64,000 nt of DNA, taken from Owenia fusiformis (lineage: Eukaryota). The position numbers and the translations under genes are program-made. The DNA lies in the NCBI GenBank assembly GCA_903813345.2, contig CAIIXF020000001.1, positions 20,770,001-20,834,000 on the forward strand. The letters are read 5' to 3'. Position 1 is the stretch's first letter; each line of letters starts with the position of its first letter. This document shows positions 27,501 through 42,500 of this stretch, piece after piece. The notes below the pieces were generated by a model, which was given only the letters and a program-made list of their open reading frames with translations, ran no database searches and had not been told where the DNA came from.

Positions 27501-30500
27501 TGTGACTGAGGCATTACATACAGCCTATAGGGTGTTGGGTTTTCTTACAATACAAGAGAAATTACAATAGTAATTTATATTCATAGATAATCATTTTATC
27601 ATTTTTTGTCATTTTACCTAGGGAATTTACAGATGATATCCTAATATTCCACACAAACACAATTGAAAGTTTCATTAAATTACAAATACATTATGGCATA
27701 ATTGAATTTATTTCTGTTGCTAGGCAACCTGTGTGTGGAAGTGATGGCCATAAATATGGAAATGAATGTCAGATGAGAGAGGAATCGTGTCGTCAGCAGA
27801 AGCGCATCACTCAAGTTGATGATGATGATTGTGACGACAGTAAGCTAAACTCTAAATACATCAGGGTTATTATCTGAGAGGTTTTGGATATAGGGTTTAT
27901 CCCAAGGGAGATATAGATGATTCCTGAGGTTATGAGATACATTTCAAATGTCTAATAAGAAATATTATAACATTAAATAGTAGAATTCCAAAATTCCTTG
28001 TACAGAGAAAATTCTATATTACTTAAATCTATTAACGCAAATGCGAGTAGGTAATTACCAGTTTCACCACCAGGTGGCTCGCTCGAGTCAGATAGCATGG
28101 TGGGTCAGATAGCATAGCATGGTGGAGAGAAAATACTCTATGTGCTATTTAAACATGCACAGTTCTTTTGATGGTGAATATCGCTTAAATCGATTATGCA
28201 AAAAGTTTTATTAGAAGCTTAATCTTGTTGCATATATTGTAGTATTTGATGAGTTCTGCGATGGCAATGACGCAGTGGTGGATGAGACAACAGGAGAACT
28301 GTTCGACTGCAGTACATCATCAAAATGCCCAGATGGAAGTTTCTGTCATAAAATCAAAATTAACTCAGAAGTAGTTGGCCGATGCTGCTTTGCAGGTAAA
28401 CAATTCTGTTTGTCTCACAATGTAGTTAATGTAGTTAACATTAGATATTCTTGTTAGACTCACTGCTTCCCTGAAACTATAATATATCAAGGCAGATTGA
28501 AGATTTGAAATAATCCTCTCAGTTTAGGTACCAATTTTAGTTTTACTAATAACTGGTATATATAAGTCTATTCTCCATTTTCAGCATAGATGGTCTAGCT
28601 TTTTCTTCTGTATTTCATTTTGCTAAGATCTGGAATCTTAACTCTTGATTCCCTAGAATGTTACCTCTTTAAACGTTAATACTGTACTTATTTATTGCAA
28701 ACAGATTGGAAGAGTAAGTTGTATAAAATCACAACTCACAACAACTGAATATTTATACCTAGTTCCCATATTTTATTGAATCACGTATATAAGACTGTTT
28801 GTTAACCCTATCACTGCCAAAGACACAACTTGCTTCATTTTGACACATTAACCCTTTTATCCCTAAATGAAGACAAACTTCTGCAAAGTAATGTTGCTGT
28901 ACCCCCAAAACCATATAAGGTGATATTCATGTATAAATAAAATTCCTTGCCTGGATTATTTTGTGTGGGATTGTCATACCTCCTTTGTTTTCAAAACCAT
29001 AGTCTCATTAATTCCCAATAGATATTTTCTTGGCTTCCAATTAACCTGCAGGTCAGTCACCATTGTAATTTAGTCCCTTTGGGAATACCCATTACTTTAC
29101 TCCCATATATCTAGCAGTACGGGGTTAAAAGGATTAATGATCACATGAATTTTGGTTTGACGTCACATTATTTTGTAGACACTCCTATTGTAAGTTGTAA
29201 GGATACAGAATTTGGCTGTTGTCCAGATGGAAGAACTTCGGCCCCTGGAGCTAGTGGTGCAGGTTGCCCCAGTAAGTGCCCCAGTGATGCATAGTGGCTG
29301 CTGCATTAGCTAGTTATGCAGCATTCTTATCCAGGGTTAAATGATGTTGTATACTGGTATACTCAGTTCACTCTGCAATTTTGCTATTTAGCATTGGTTT
29401 ATTCCACGTTAATTTGATAATACAACAGGCGCTTGGGGAAACATTTGATTGAGAAAATGAATGTGTACTTCAGATCCCTAGAGGTATTTTATAATCAAGG
29501 CACTTACATGTATTTTAATCATGACTTACATGTTGTACTATATACATGAATATTTAAATGACCATTTTCAATTAGAATGATTATTAATGGTATTATGACT
29601 CTATGTAATACTTTTTTATTGGTTGTACATTGAATTGAAGGTTTAGGTATAATGTATATAGCTGGCTAGAACGGAAAGGGTAAGGGTTTGGACCATAAAA
29701 TTCATCCATGCATGTTCGACCCTTAACCTATTTTATACAGCTGGTATCAGCATACACATCAAATCAACATAATTTGAAGCTGGTGTCAGTATACATTGTT
29801 GTATACCATTCAATCCTTACTAATAAATTCCCTTTTGGCTATGGTTGATCTTGGAATGCTCGTTTTCTTTAATAGTTTATTCCCAAATTTAGTTTGCATG
29901 AGACTCTAAGTAAGTGGTGGTAGAAACATGGTATGAACTAACATTCCAAAAAGGAGTTCAATTTCATGGAATTTTGGTTCATTAAATATTCAATAAGGCA
30001 ATATTATGCAATATAGGACCTCATCTACAGACTTAAAAAATTGTATCATATTATATTTTAGGTGTCTGTCAGTGTAATTTGCTAGGATCATACGGTGGAA
30101 CATGTGATCCACGTACACGGCAGTGTGTTTGTAAACCAGGAGTAGGGGGATTGAGGTGTGACCGCTGTGAGCCTGGGTTCTGGGGATTGCCAGACATTGC
30201 AAATGGCAAAAGTGGATGTACACGTAAGTTTTTTGAATTCTGTATTTTTTGTAAAACCGAACTGTGACAAATGAACCGGTTGAATCTGAGGAATTCAGTA
30301 TCCATTATACAAGTGATACCAACAAGAATTTAAAGAGAAGTTATCAGCCTTAAAAAAATTTTGCAATTTTGTTTGATGTGAAGTTTTAATCCTGAGATAA
30401 TTTACTAATGTACCAATAATTCTCTGATGTAGCCTTTGAATATGAATTATTAATTACTCAATGAGTAAGATTGTAATTGGAATCTAGGGTATCATGCAAT

Positions 30501-33500
30501 AAAACCACCAATGTCTGAAATGTAACACCTTTAGTTGAATGCTATTGTGTATTATCACACCTGAAGTGAACTGAAGTTGGAAGAACAGAGAATACTCAAA
30601 ATCTTTGTTCATAATGGTGGGGAGCATCTTTACTCGGTTCCTGTCAGTTGCAGTGAAGACCGAGCATGCAAAGATGGGTTGGGAGGGGCTAATCAGCCTC
30701 TCAGCTCTGGAAAATATTGCAAATCGCAACTCCCAGATAACATTCTTAAGTTCTTCCAAAATTGTTCATATTGTCTACACTGTGTATTGTTATTCAATCA
30801 ATTTTGAGAAATGTCTTTGTTTGATCCTTTGTACCTTTATTTTATAACAGCCTGTGGATGCAACATCTTTGGCTCACAAAGGGATGACTGCGAACAGATG
30901 GATGGCAAGTGTATGTGCAAGAAAGGAATATCAGGACCCAAATGTAACGTCTGCCCAGAAGGAAAGGTCCTTGGTCCCCAAGGATGCATGGATCGTAAGT
31001 AACGTTTAGTTTGTGTAAAATATTTCAAAAATCGACACTTAAATGTCAAACTAATGCAGAATTGAGCACTGTTAATGGTGAGCCTAAAGCTCCATGAAAT
31101 GGAAATACCAACTTGACTTGAAACAATTTGAAACAAATCTACCGTATATCTGATTTACATAATTTTCCAGTGTTTTGTTTTGTGGAATGTTTTCATTGTT
31201 TATGAATTGTACTATACATGCATTGTGTTTATTGTATTAACATTTTTCAAAGTTTAATTTTGATGTATGATTGTTCGTGTCACGATGCATTTCTTGACTG
31301 TGTATGGTTCAATAATTCCAGCTATTGATGCCTTGAGAGGTAATAGAGTAGTTATAGAGTCAGTGAAGTAAATAAGTTGTTTGCAATGGTGCAATATAGC
31401 ACCTACTTCACAGTCACTGGTGCAATATAGCACCCTCACCAAAACACTTGTGCAATATAGTACCCCATCCAATCATTGCTGAAATATATAGCACCCCACT
31501 GAATTATAGTTGCAATTTGTCCCCCTCTCAAATTATTGGTCCAATATAGCACCCTACTCAATTATTGGTATATTGTATCACCCCATCCAATCATTGGTTC
31601 AATATGGCACCCCCACCCAATTATTGGTGCAATATATCACCCCCATCCAATCATTGGTGCAATATGGCACCCTCACCCTATTATTGGTGCAATATATCAC
31701 CCCAATCCAATCATTGGTGCGATATGGCACCCTCACCCAATTATTGGTGCAATATATCGCCCCCATCCAATCATTGGTGCAATATGGCACCCCCACCCAT
31801 TTATTGGTACAATATATTACCTCCACCCCATAAGTGCAATACAACACCCCCCCCCCCCATCTACCACCACCCTATCATTGGTACAAAGAATCCTTACAAA
31901 TTTTATTTCACAATATTGTCACAAAAATGTTTGAAAAGTATCACTCAGTTCGTGATCGTGATGGCATGTTTGATGGATTGAAATTATAATGGCATAGCAC
32001 TGATTTGCACATTAGACTCACAAGCAAGTTTAGGATTTTGTCAGATGAGATGCCACAAAGTACTCACAAATGTATTGCCACGAAGTACTCACAAATAAGT
32101 TGTCACAGATTTGTACTCACAAATATGTTATCGCAAATGTGTACTCACAAATGTTGCTTATGTTCACATCACTTTCTCGCTTTGTTCAACATCAATTCAT
32201 TGCTCAATCTACTGTTTGCTTTAATGTTTTTTTCCCAGAGAGTATTGCAATGTAAATTTTCCCAGAGAGTATTGCAATGTAAATTTTCCCAGAGAGTATT
32301 GCAATGTAAATGAGTGCTCTGCCAATGCCAAGTGTCCACAGATTAAAAATAGACCAAAGAAAATGTCATTTATTAACCTTGATATTTTGCAAATTTGATT
32401 TGCTTTAATTTGACAACTATGTCTATTTAACTCAATCAACCCTTCTGAATATATAATTTTATAATTCAGGGTGAAAGTCTTTGGACACTTTGAATAGAGA
32501 ATGGTCTATCTTGTATGTCAGTCTGGGAAGGGCCCATATCTTATACATAAATCTTCTATATATAAATCTTCTATATAAACCTGAGAATGGTTTATCTTGT
32601 ATTTAAAATCTTAGGCAATATCTGTAGATGTAGTATAATAGAAGGTTCTGATGTAAAAGGACTTTTAATGAATTAGTTTCCCGCTGATATTAGTGCCCCA
32701 CAATGGGTTATAATGGATTGGTTGTGGTTTGGTGACTATGGGAGACCCCTAGGACTTCAAAAGTACATGCATATATATCTCCATATATACATATGTACAT
32801 AAACTGTGTACATATTCTACTACTTTTATTCTATATTTTAACATATCCTTTGCAATAATGCATTACCATGAACTGACCACTGTTAATTGTAGAAATCTGA
32901 ATTATTATATTGTTGAGATTAACAAGGGCAGAATCATGATCTTAATTTTGTCTAATCAGATGAACCTTTCATTCATTATGATATCCTCTTTGTGCTACTC
33001 TATGCTAGCAGTAGTTAATACCTCCAAACATTGTAAAGTTACGGATCAAAACAATTACTCTTTTGTAGATATTCTCATATTATTGCAAGATTGAATTGTG
33101 GATCTATAACTTTTCAATTTTTGAGACATTAAACCACTTACATGTACTGATGTATACTTCTCAATACTAACATGTGTTTCTTGTCCTCCTTCATCTAGCT
33201 GAATATGTAAATGGGCATATGCGTGGTCGCATGCGACAAATATATCAATGGTTGCAAGGTTTGGCTTTTTAAACAACCAAGCATCATTTCTAGATTTCCT
33301 GACACTATTTAGGTCTGATAATGACCATAAAAGGAGCATTTCTGGAACATATCATAGAACCACGATTCATAAACGACTTTGGAAAAAGAATTTGAGATTG
33401 ATGAATCACAGGATCTTAATATATTCTGGAATTGGTCTGCAGAGGCAGTGATATTGTACAATAACCATGTACCAGACTCATGAACATGTACTTGCCATAT

Positions 33501-36500
33501 CAACACGATAAAGGTTAACATTTTCACTGAGTCTGTGTTTTCAGTCACCTGCAGAAAAATAAATATTTTTTCATAAGCATTTGATTTTTCCAGATAGTCA
33601 GATTCTATTTTCTCAGACATGGCTATAACAATATAACTGTCTAAACTTATATTTTCTAATTCAACTTTTAATCTAGAATTGTGTAACCACTTAAAGGCAA
33701 AGTTTGGTCTCAAATGATATAAACCAAAATCTGTCTCCAAATATTCTCTGGTGCTCTGATGTTCTTAACTTCTTCATCGGGTCATCAAAGATGTGTCCAT
33801 TTATGTAGTGTAATTTACTTTACTTTAATGTACTGTGGTGTCTTAGTTTTATTTTGTGCATTAATAATAATTAATAAATTATTAAATAGTATAAATTTTT
33901 ATATATTTCACATTTATTTGCTAAGAATACAGTTTTTTATTCATTCTTTGAACATTTTACATATTCTTTAAATGCCTCTAGAAGCTTGAAGTATGTTTGT
34001 ATAATTTGGATATTTTACAATTTAAAGTACCAAAAGATATTTGAATTTATTTGTCTATTTCTGCGTATGATTGATTTTATTTTTCATTCTTTCTACATAT
34101 TAGTTTCTTTTAACTTTTTATTTGATGAATCAACACAAATGGCAACATTTGAATCTTATCAGCATGTAAAAAGTACTTATGTCAATGTTGCAGTACTGTA
34201 CGTGTGAAACCCAGTGGTTATTTTAAAACTTATTTAGACACTGTACTGTATTCTTTCTTGTTTGTGTTTTACAGCATTGTCAAAATTTTCTAGTATAGTT
34301 ACATTATATTTTTCAAATAATAACATTTTTAATAAGGATTTAGAACAAAGTAGAAATCACAAACTGTCTCGTCTCTTGTTAACTGTCTCGTCTAAATTAT
34401 GTTCTAACAATTCTGTATTTATAGCTTTATACTAACAATTAATGTGGTGTTCACTAAATGTGCTGTTTACTAAATGTTCTGTTCACTAAATGTGCTGTTC
34501 ACTGACAGCTTCTCCTTCTGTGATTGAAACTCTTCAAATTGTGATTCTGTATTCTGTAAACGAGAAGAATATTCACAACTGTTTTATACCAAATATGGTA
34601 TGTGACATACATGTGTTTATAATTTCCTTATATGGGTATACTCTATTCACATGTACTATATATGGGTATAATGAGTATGTCATACACTACAATAACAAAG
34701 TGAATATCCGTTCTTGTTGGGTATGGGAATTTTTGGGGAAAATTTGATTCCGAGATATTTTCCCCACTGTAAATCAGCAATAATATGACCACTATAGTCT
34801 TATATAATCCTTATTTTGATATTTGTAGATAATGGTAAAATGCCCGCCAGCTCATGTAGAGACATCAGGTGTGAACATGGTGCGTCATGTCAAGTGATGA
34901 ATGGAGTAGCAGAGTGTGTTTGTCTCCCAACATGCCCTGCAACGAATGCTCCCCCAACGATGGTCTGTGGCACAGATGGACAGACCTATGGGTCAGAATG
35001 CCAGCTTAGATTGTTCGCATGTAGGCTACAGAAAAATATACAATTAGCTGGGAAAGGAGCATGTGGAATGAGTAAGTTTTATTCTTCATATTGAATTACG
35101 TTTTAAATGTTTTTTAATTCAAAATGGTTGCCTAAAACAGGAATTCGCAATAATTTAAATATCTCTTCAAAGTGTGGTTACTATTCTACATTAGATCACA
35201 AATTGTATCGTCTTCATGAGTTGTTCTTTTGATACTCCTTAAATGGTTACCCAAATGCTTAAATTGGTAGAAAATCTGATTTCTCATGAGGAGAGTAGAT
35301 GGTAAATATTATATTGTAACATATACAGATTTAAAAATATTTTTTTGTTGGGATTTTCTACTCTGTAGAGTTGCCATTTTATGGTCATTAATAATTCTTT
35401 CAATTTTTTTTCCAGATGGCCCCATGCTACCGACTGCCGCCCCCGACAACCGCAGAACTCGTAAAGTTACCCGGCATGTTGCAACCACACCTGATACGCC
35501 AAAGACGAAGCATATAGCCCTTGAAGATGAATGTTTATTCGACTCTGATTGCATGGCAAAAAACAGCAGATGTCTTTATAATCGCTGTAAATGCAAACCT
35601 GGATTTTTCCAGACAGATAATGGAAAAATGTGTTCTCGTGAGTAAACATTTGTTACAGATATTACATTTTTACATTTTGATAGAAGGATATTGGTGGTTT
35701 TTATCTTTTCATGTTGTACTTCATTGAGGATCTTCAGTGTTTTATGCACTTTTTGAATTTGTTATTTTGTACAGAATTGTCTTTCATGATAGACTAGGAT
35801 ATTACCACTATACAGTACCTCTTTTTCTGGGCACCTTGTAATATTTTGATATACATGTAGTAATTTTTATTTTTGTGTTTTCTTGAATATCATGCCTCAC
35901 TTTCATTTTCTACACGTAAACCACTTTTTTCATTTGTCTTTTTTCATTTGTCACAAATATTGTCTTACATAACATCTTGGGTAAACATTGCAGGGTCATC
36001 ATTTAAACGAAACATACGCTGAAAAATAATGAAATGATTAAGAAATTAATAGACTAAATATCAAATCTAGCGGAATCAAGAGAAATCGAGTGAAATAAAC
36101 ATGACCCTACAGATATTTACTCTCAGATGTATTTTTAGTTGTTACTTGAATGTTTTTTGGTTTATTTCTTCTGATGGCGCTTTAGCTGAGATGATTGAAG
36201 TAGATGATAATAATGCTGAGATAGACATTGACCTAGATGCTGGAAATCTTTTGGACAATGATGATCTGTATGAGGTTCAACCAGAAACCTCTCCTGAACC
36301 AGAACCCACACCTAAATCTGAATTAGACATGGAAAAAATAAATTTTAATAAGTTCAAAGATTTGAAGACTTTATATGAGGATCCATGCGCAAGCTCACCA
36401 TGTAAAAAAGGAGGCACCTGTATACCAGATGATAAACTTTTATCAGGGTTCAAGTGCAAGTGTACTAAAGGCAGACGGGGAGATCTATGTCAGAAACGTA

Positions 36501-39500
36501 AGTGAGATTACATGTAAGAATATACATCATTGTGAGAGGTTACTATGGTTACAGCCCAGGTAAATTGTCTCAGAGAATACAGCAATATTTGATGTTGTCC
36601 AAAAATGTAATTAACAATTTTTCAGATCAACTTCTTCCAAAAAATTCAGTTATTTTCAAATTCAAATCCACTTATAAAAACTGATATCTCAAGTAAAAAT
36701 GATTTTACTATCTTCCCTTACAATGAATAATTACATTTTTGGATGTGTATCAAACTATTCAAACAAATGGCCTGAAGTATTAAATCTCTCTTATTTAGAC
36801 ATGGTATTTTGAATCAACAACAATCAACAATTGGTCAATTAATCATTACATTAAGGTGGCTTTGTATAAAAAACCTCCTACCTCATACCCACCTACCCAC
36901 CTACGTGGGACATGATACAGTCATTGATGGGTTCAATTTTAAAGATTTTTAAATCTCAAAATAGCTATAATTATTAACATTTCTACAATTCCGGCTTTAT
37001 TTTATGACTACACGGATCACAGATCCATAAATAAAGGCATATGGGTGTATTGTAATGTGTAATGACCCAAGGGCGCCCCAGGGGAATAACTATCTAACGA
37101 CCGCGAGCATAGGTCCAACAAGCCAGATAAAGAAATTGAATGAAAGTGTGCTAAATTCGATGCCCCGAGTGGGAATTGAACCCAGCTGGGCTGTAGTAGC
37201 AACTTGCTATCAAGGGTCGTTACAAATGCATCCATAATTATTATAAACTAAGATATAATAAACTAAGATCTTTAAAATTGAACCCTTCAAAGACTGTATC
37301 ATGTCCAACGTACGTGGGTAGGTGGGTATGAGGTAGGAGGTTTTTTATACAAAGCCCATTAAGGTTGATTTTTAAGCCACGGATGTAGGACTAATGATAT
37401 GTTAATGCATGGAATTGCATTATAATGTCACTCACCATCTGTGATATGACACTGGGCACCATATAACATTATATCGATCGTATATACACATTACTAACTC
37501 CATCTCATTTGAGCGTGTTTTAAAGCTATAGATGGCAGCACAAGTATGCAAGCCACGCTGACTGTCACATACACGGCTCAGTTATCAAGCATACAGAATG
37601 AATATGCTCATTTTACAAGAACATCATATTCATTTAATAGATTGATGTAAAAGAAATATATTTTAACAGAAGATGTTATTGTAAGACCAGCTGTTACATA
37701 CATAGTGTAGTTTGGTCTGGGAGGGAATGGCTGTCCTACTTACAATTACATTTAGCCTATGCAGAGAATCAATCTGTGATTAATACTTAAATGATCAACG
37801 AAATGGAATCTCATGATTAACCTTCTGTTTTTTATCTTCTAATTTTAAAAAAAAGTTTCTTAGTTTCCTGTATAATGTTGTTTTTTAGATGTCATTTATG
37901 TTCTTGATGTTTCCTATAAATTATTCATTACTATTCTAATATATTCCATAATTTTTACATATAATTGAATAATAATTGTATTTTGTCCAGCATGATTTTT
38001 GATATAAAGTTCCCAGTAGATTTTATTATTTCAAATATGTTAGTAATGATATATGTTAAATATTTATATTATCGTTAATATCTTCATTCCTCCTGTACTT
38101 AATATCCCTCCCTGTTTTTGTCTTTGTAGGTAGCAAAAAACAACGTAAAAAATCTAAAAAAAATAAAAAAGATCGTATGTAGTCTCATCCTAAAAAATAT
38201 CGCTTCCTCTATGTATCATAATTTTCATTTTATTTTCCTTTATACGCTTCTAACACACACCTCCAAAACCTTTATTTCATGTTCAATTTCACATATTTTC
38301 TTTTACTGAATCTCATTTTATTAACCTTATAAGCTGTATTATTATTTTATTTAATTGTGCCACTTTGTCAAAACTTATATCATGGAATTATTCAATTTTT
38401 TATCAGATTGATTGTTTCTGAGCTGTGAAAACTTGTAAAATATTTTGTAAATATTATGTACAAAAAAATCTTTTAATGTTGTAAGGTTTTCATGTTTATA
38501 TCAGAGACATTCATTTTCATCAAAACTTCAGAAAATCTCACAATTTTATATATTATCTCCGCCAGTAGTAAAATATGTAATAAAATGTCATCTTTTTATC
38601 ATATGACATTTTACATTCATAGCATAATACAAATTTAAAAAAAAGTACATTTGCAGTGAAAAAGTTGCATCATTGCTTGTTTTGGCGGGGTGTTGTTATC
38701 CCAACTTATTGTATGGACATTTACACCTTTATCATTATTAAAGGCATTAGAATGCTGATCGTATGAAGCTTATTACTGAGATACTTGAATCCTTTGTCCA
38801 AACTGCATGTTTGAAGCTATCCATTTTATCATATGGACTGGTCAGTTATGCTTGATAATCCCCGCTTTGTATTATATTTGATAACAAGTACATCAAATCA
38901 GTATTACCCATAAGAAACTACAATATTAAATAACAAAAAATGAACCGCAAAATAATCAATTTTAATCATTCTATATCTACATTATCTTCATAATTTTAGT
39001 TTTCTATTAGTTCCTCAACTTTTGTAGACTTAATATTCTCTTAGAAACCTCATATTTATGTACTTCCTAGTTATTTATTTTACCTTCTAGTTCTTTATCT
39101 CGTAGAATTGTATGCTTGTATAGTGCATAAGTTGTTTGTTCTTTATGTTGCTTTAATGGTTAAGTTCTGCTATTGCTTGCTATGTAGTCGCATTTGGTGA
39201 TGGGAACTCCGCTTCATCAACTTCATCCCATATCATCACTGACACTGACAACCCTCCACTCGATAACGACTTCCCGGAAGACCTTGATGATGTCACAGTG
39301 GACAACGATAAAAATGACGTCATCAAAAGTGAGCAAAGAGATGCGCCATTTGGAGGAATGCTGGGAAAAGGTTTGTCTTGGATTTATCATGTGTGAGCAG
39401 CACTGGCTTCATTTTCACTTCCTCCAATTTGCCGTCCTTTCAGCTATCAACACCGCTCTCTGTTCAAACAATAATTACTATAGATAAACAATAAAGCATA

Positions 39501-42500
39501 GTTAGAGAACTTAGCATATTTACTTTAAAATTTTACAACTTTATTTGTAGGACTATCTTTGGTAGATGCAGAAACTAACCTTTCGTACATTACCTATACG
39601 TTTATGTAGAAACCTCCCAGTAATAGATCGTATATTTTTAGATGTATTTTACCAGTCATGATTTATTACATGTAATTAATTAATATTTCTTTCGTCTTTA
39701 TCATATGCACTCTTTGATTTTTGAATGTAATTAACACTGATTTAACATGTCATTTTATTTTAGTTTGATTTTCATATTCTAAAATACTCACAGGTTTTAT
39801 ATTTGATACTGTATCTGCTAACTACACTAACAGTTTTAGCTTTGTCTTCTCAAGGGTACATGTACCTGGTTTGATATTTTTTATGTAATCAGTGTTATAT
39901 GAGTTCACTTGAATTTTTGTTCATTTCTTTCTTTGTGTTTTCTATAAAAACCACAAGCATTTTATAAAATGTTGATTGCACAAATAGTGAAAGAGTTGAC
40001 ATTAAACCCCTTGGACTAAAATACAAAATGTTGCATGTGCATGCAAAGTCACCTTTTGACTGATTTCAGAACTAGATGAAATATCATTACCTGAATCTGA
40101 ACCAAAAGCTCCAGAAAATCTGGAATTGGAGCCAAAAACTCCCGAATCAGAGCCCGAAACTCCATCTCCTGAACCAGAGTCTCAAACAACTCCCGAACCA
40201 AAGTCTGAAAATCTCCCAGATATTATAATTATCTCACCAGATGATGATCTGAACTTTAACAATGATACTGAGATAACTGCTGTAGTCGTAGAAGTGGTAG
40301 ATGTTTGTAGTTGTAACCCCTGCATGTACGGTGGCACCTGTCAACCTGACCCTGATGTGGAGGCTGGCTTCTTATGTCTCTGTCCTTCGGGAAAGGGAGG
40401 CACAGTTTGTGAGGATGGTGAGCTACTGAACTCTACAGAGGCCAGATTTTTGTACCATCCTAGTTGGGATTTGTCTTTAATCATTGTTCTGTCATATTGT
40501 TCAATGTGGTGCAATAATGTGACAGGTCCTATCTTAAGATCATATGATACTCTGGTCTCTGTATCTCTAGTATCTCATACCATCTGAGGTGCATTGTTTT
40601 TTTTTATTTAATCTTTATTTTTTCATTTTTCATTTGCTGAAATAAATTTTTAGATGTTGTACATCATTTGTTTCAATGGCTTGGAGTGAAAAGACACAAA
40701 GAGCAACAACAAGTGAAAAAAATCCATATGTTCTAACTTCATTGAGTTTAATTGCCAATGATCTGCATTGCTATAAGTTGGTTTATTGTTTATGGCTTCC
40801 ACAGATGAAATGGGATTCTAGCACTGTGTTTCAAATGCGGAGAGAATATGTAAAATAACATCTATTCTAATTGTTATCTCTTAGCCTTTAAATAATCGTC
40901 AGTATTCACATTTTTACATTTGTGATAATTATTAGTATTCATTTTTCCCCAAAATTATAATCATTAATTTTTGTTGAATGTTTTAGCCAGAAAATATTTG
41001 ATATATAATTTAGTAGGTTTTGTAATACATGATTATTACAAAACTAAACACAATGTTCTAGGAATGTTTTCTGGTCTAACTGTAACACGAAAAACAAAAC
41101 TGCAGAAATTTTAAACAAACATTTTTAACCTATTGAAAAACCTAGTTAAAGCTAACAATTTCTGTGTTAGAGAATGAAACCTCAGTTGGCCATTTCTGTA
41201 GTTTTGTTCGTTTTGCACGCCTTGGTATGTAGTGTAGGGTTTACTTCTTCTAGAGGTTGAGATGGTTACTATGGCCCCACTCCCCACAACAAACTCTCCT
41301 TCTGTATCAACTGCACCTACAACCTCAATGGAAATCCCTGATAATTCAACCTTAGGTAGCAATTCTTTCATGTCTAACTTCTTATCTTGTTGTAGTAGTA
41401 ACTATAGATATTTTCCTATTCACATAATAGTCTTATATGTGACTCTTTTCTGTCTTATAATGCATGCATCTCAAACCAAACACAGTTTTTTATTCGTTAT
41501 TCTTTACTTTTAGTATTGGCTTCGAAAGACCATCATATGCTTTTGTTATTTCAAAAATATGTTGTAATGCCACAGCTAGTTAATGTTCCACATAGGGCTT
41601 ATGCCTGATGATTTTACCATTAGGCAGTACTCTCTATGATGGCTATATACCTGGCCAAGGACAAAATCATTACAGGCCTATCCCAACTTTCTGATCCATG
41701 AATTCAGATTTGTCACATATACAATGACTCTTCCAGATGTGAAGTTCTCAGTACCATCATTTGCTGGCCATTCATACTTGGAGTTTAATAAACTTGAGAA
41801 ATCTGTAAAAGAGGTCAAAATCACCTTAGAGTTCCGCACCCTCAACATGGATGCCCTGCTGCTTTACAATGGACAGAACGCTGATGGAAAGGGAGATTTT
41901 ATATCTATCTCAGTGAAAGATGGATTTGTTGAATTTCGGTATGTGACCTTACAATTAAATATTCAGTGAACTCAATGTTTTGAATTTATCCAGGATTTTA
42001 TCCAATTTTCTAAGTTTGAAAAAATATGTTGATACTGAATGCTTTTATGTATTGTGTGAATGGTCAATATCACTATTTGGATTCCAGGTATGACCTTGGT
42101 AGCGGACCAATTACACTGAAGAGCATATACAGAGTAACCCTCAATAGATGGCATCGTGTTGTTGCCAAACGATTTGGTCGCGATGGAATGTTGAAACTTG
42201 ACAATAACCAGGAAATCAAGGCTAGAGCACCAGGGCAATTGAAATCTTTGAATCTGAATGAGGCCTTGTATGTAGGATATGTGCCTGATATGAATGCAGA
42301 GTAAGTAAACGATAGTTTGTCATTGTTAATTGGAGATTCATTTGCAATTACTTACCATGTACAGTAGCTACATTTTGTCTTGTTAATGCCTTGTTTATTT
42401 TTGTTATAGGATTGAAAAGAATGTTGGTGTGTCGATGGGTCTCGTTGGGTGTGTCCAGTCACTCCATGTATCCAGTAATGATTTCACCAAGATCTACTCT

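Noticed and set aside
31510-31981. Overlapping HPHPIIGA / NHWCN ORFs
   Set aside because: Artefacts of a 30-bp minisatellite.
33309-33740. 143-aa minus-strand ORF
   Set aside because: No recognisable motif; composition typical of a chance ORF in AT-rich intron.
40805-40821. Acceptor followed by DEMGF* (possible LG-less terminal exon)
   Set aside because: No clear polyadenylation signal nearby; could be chance.
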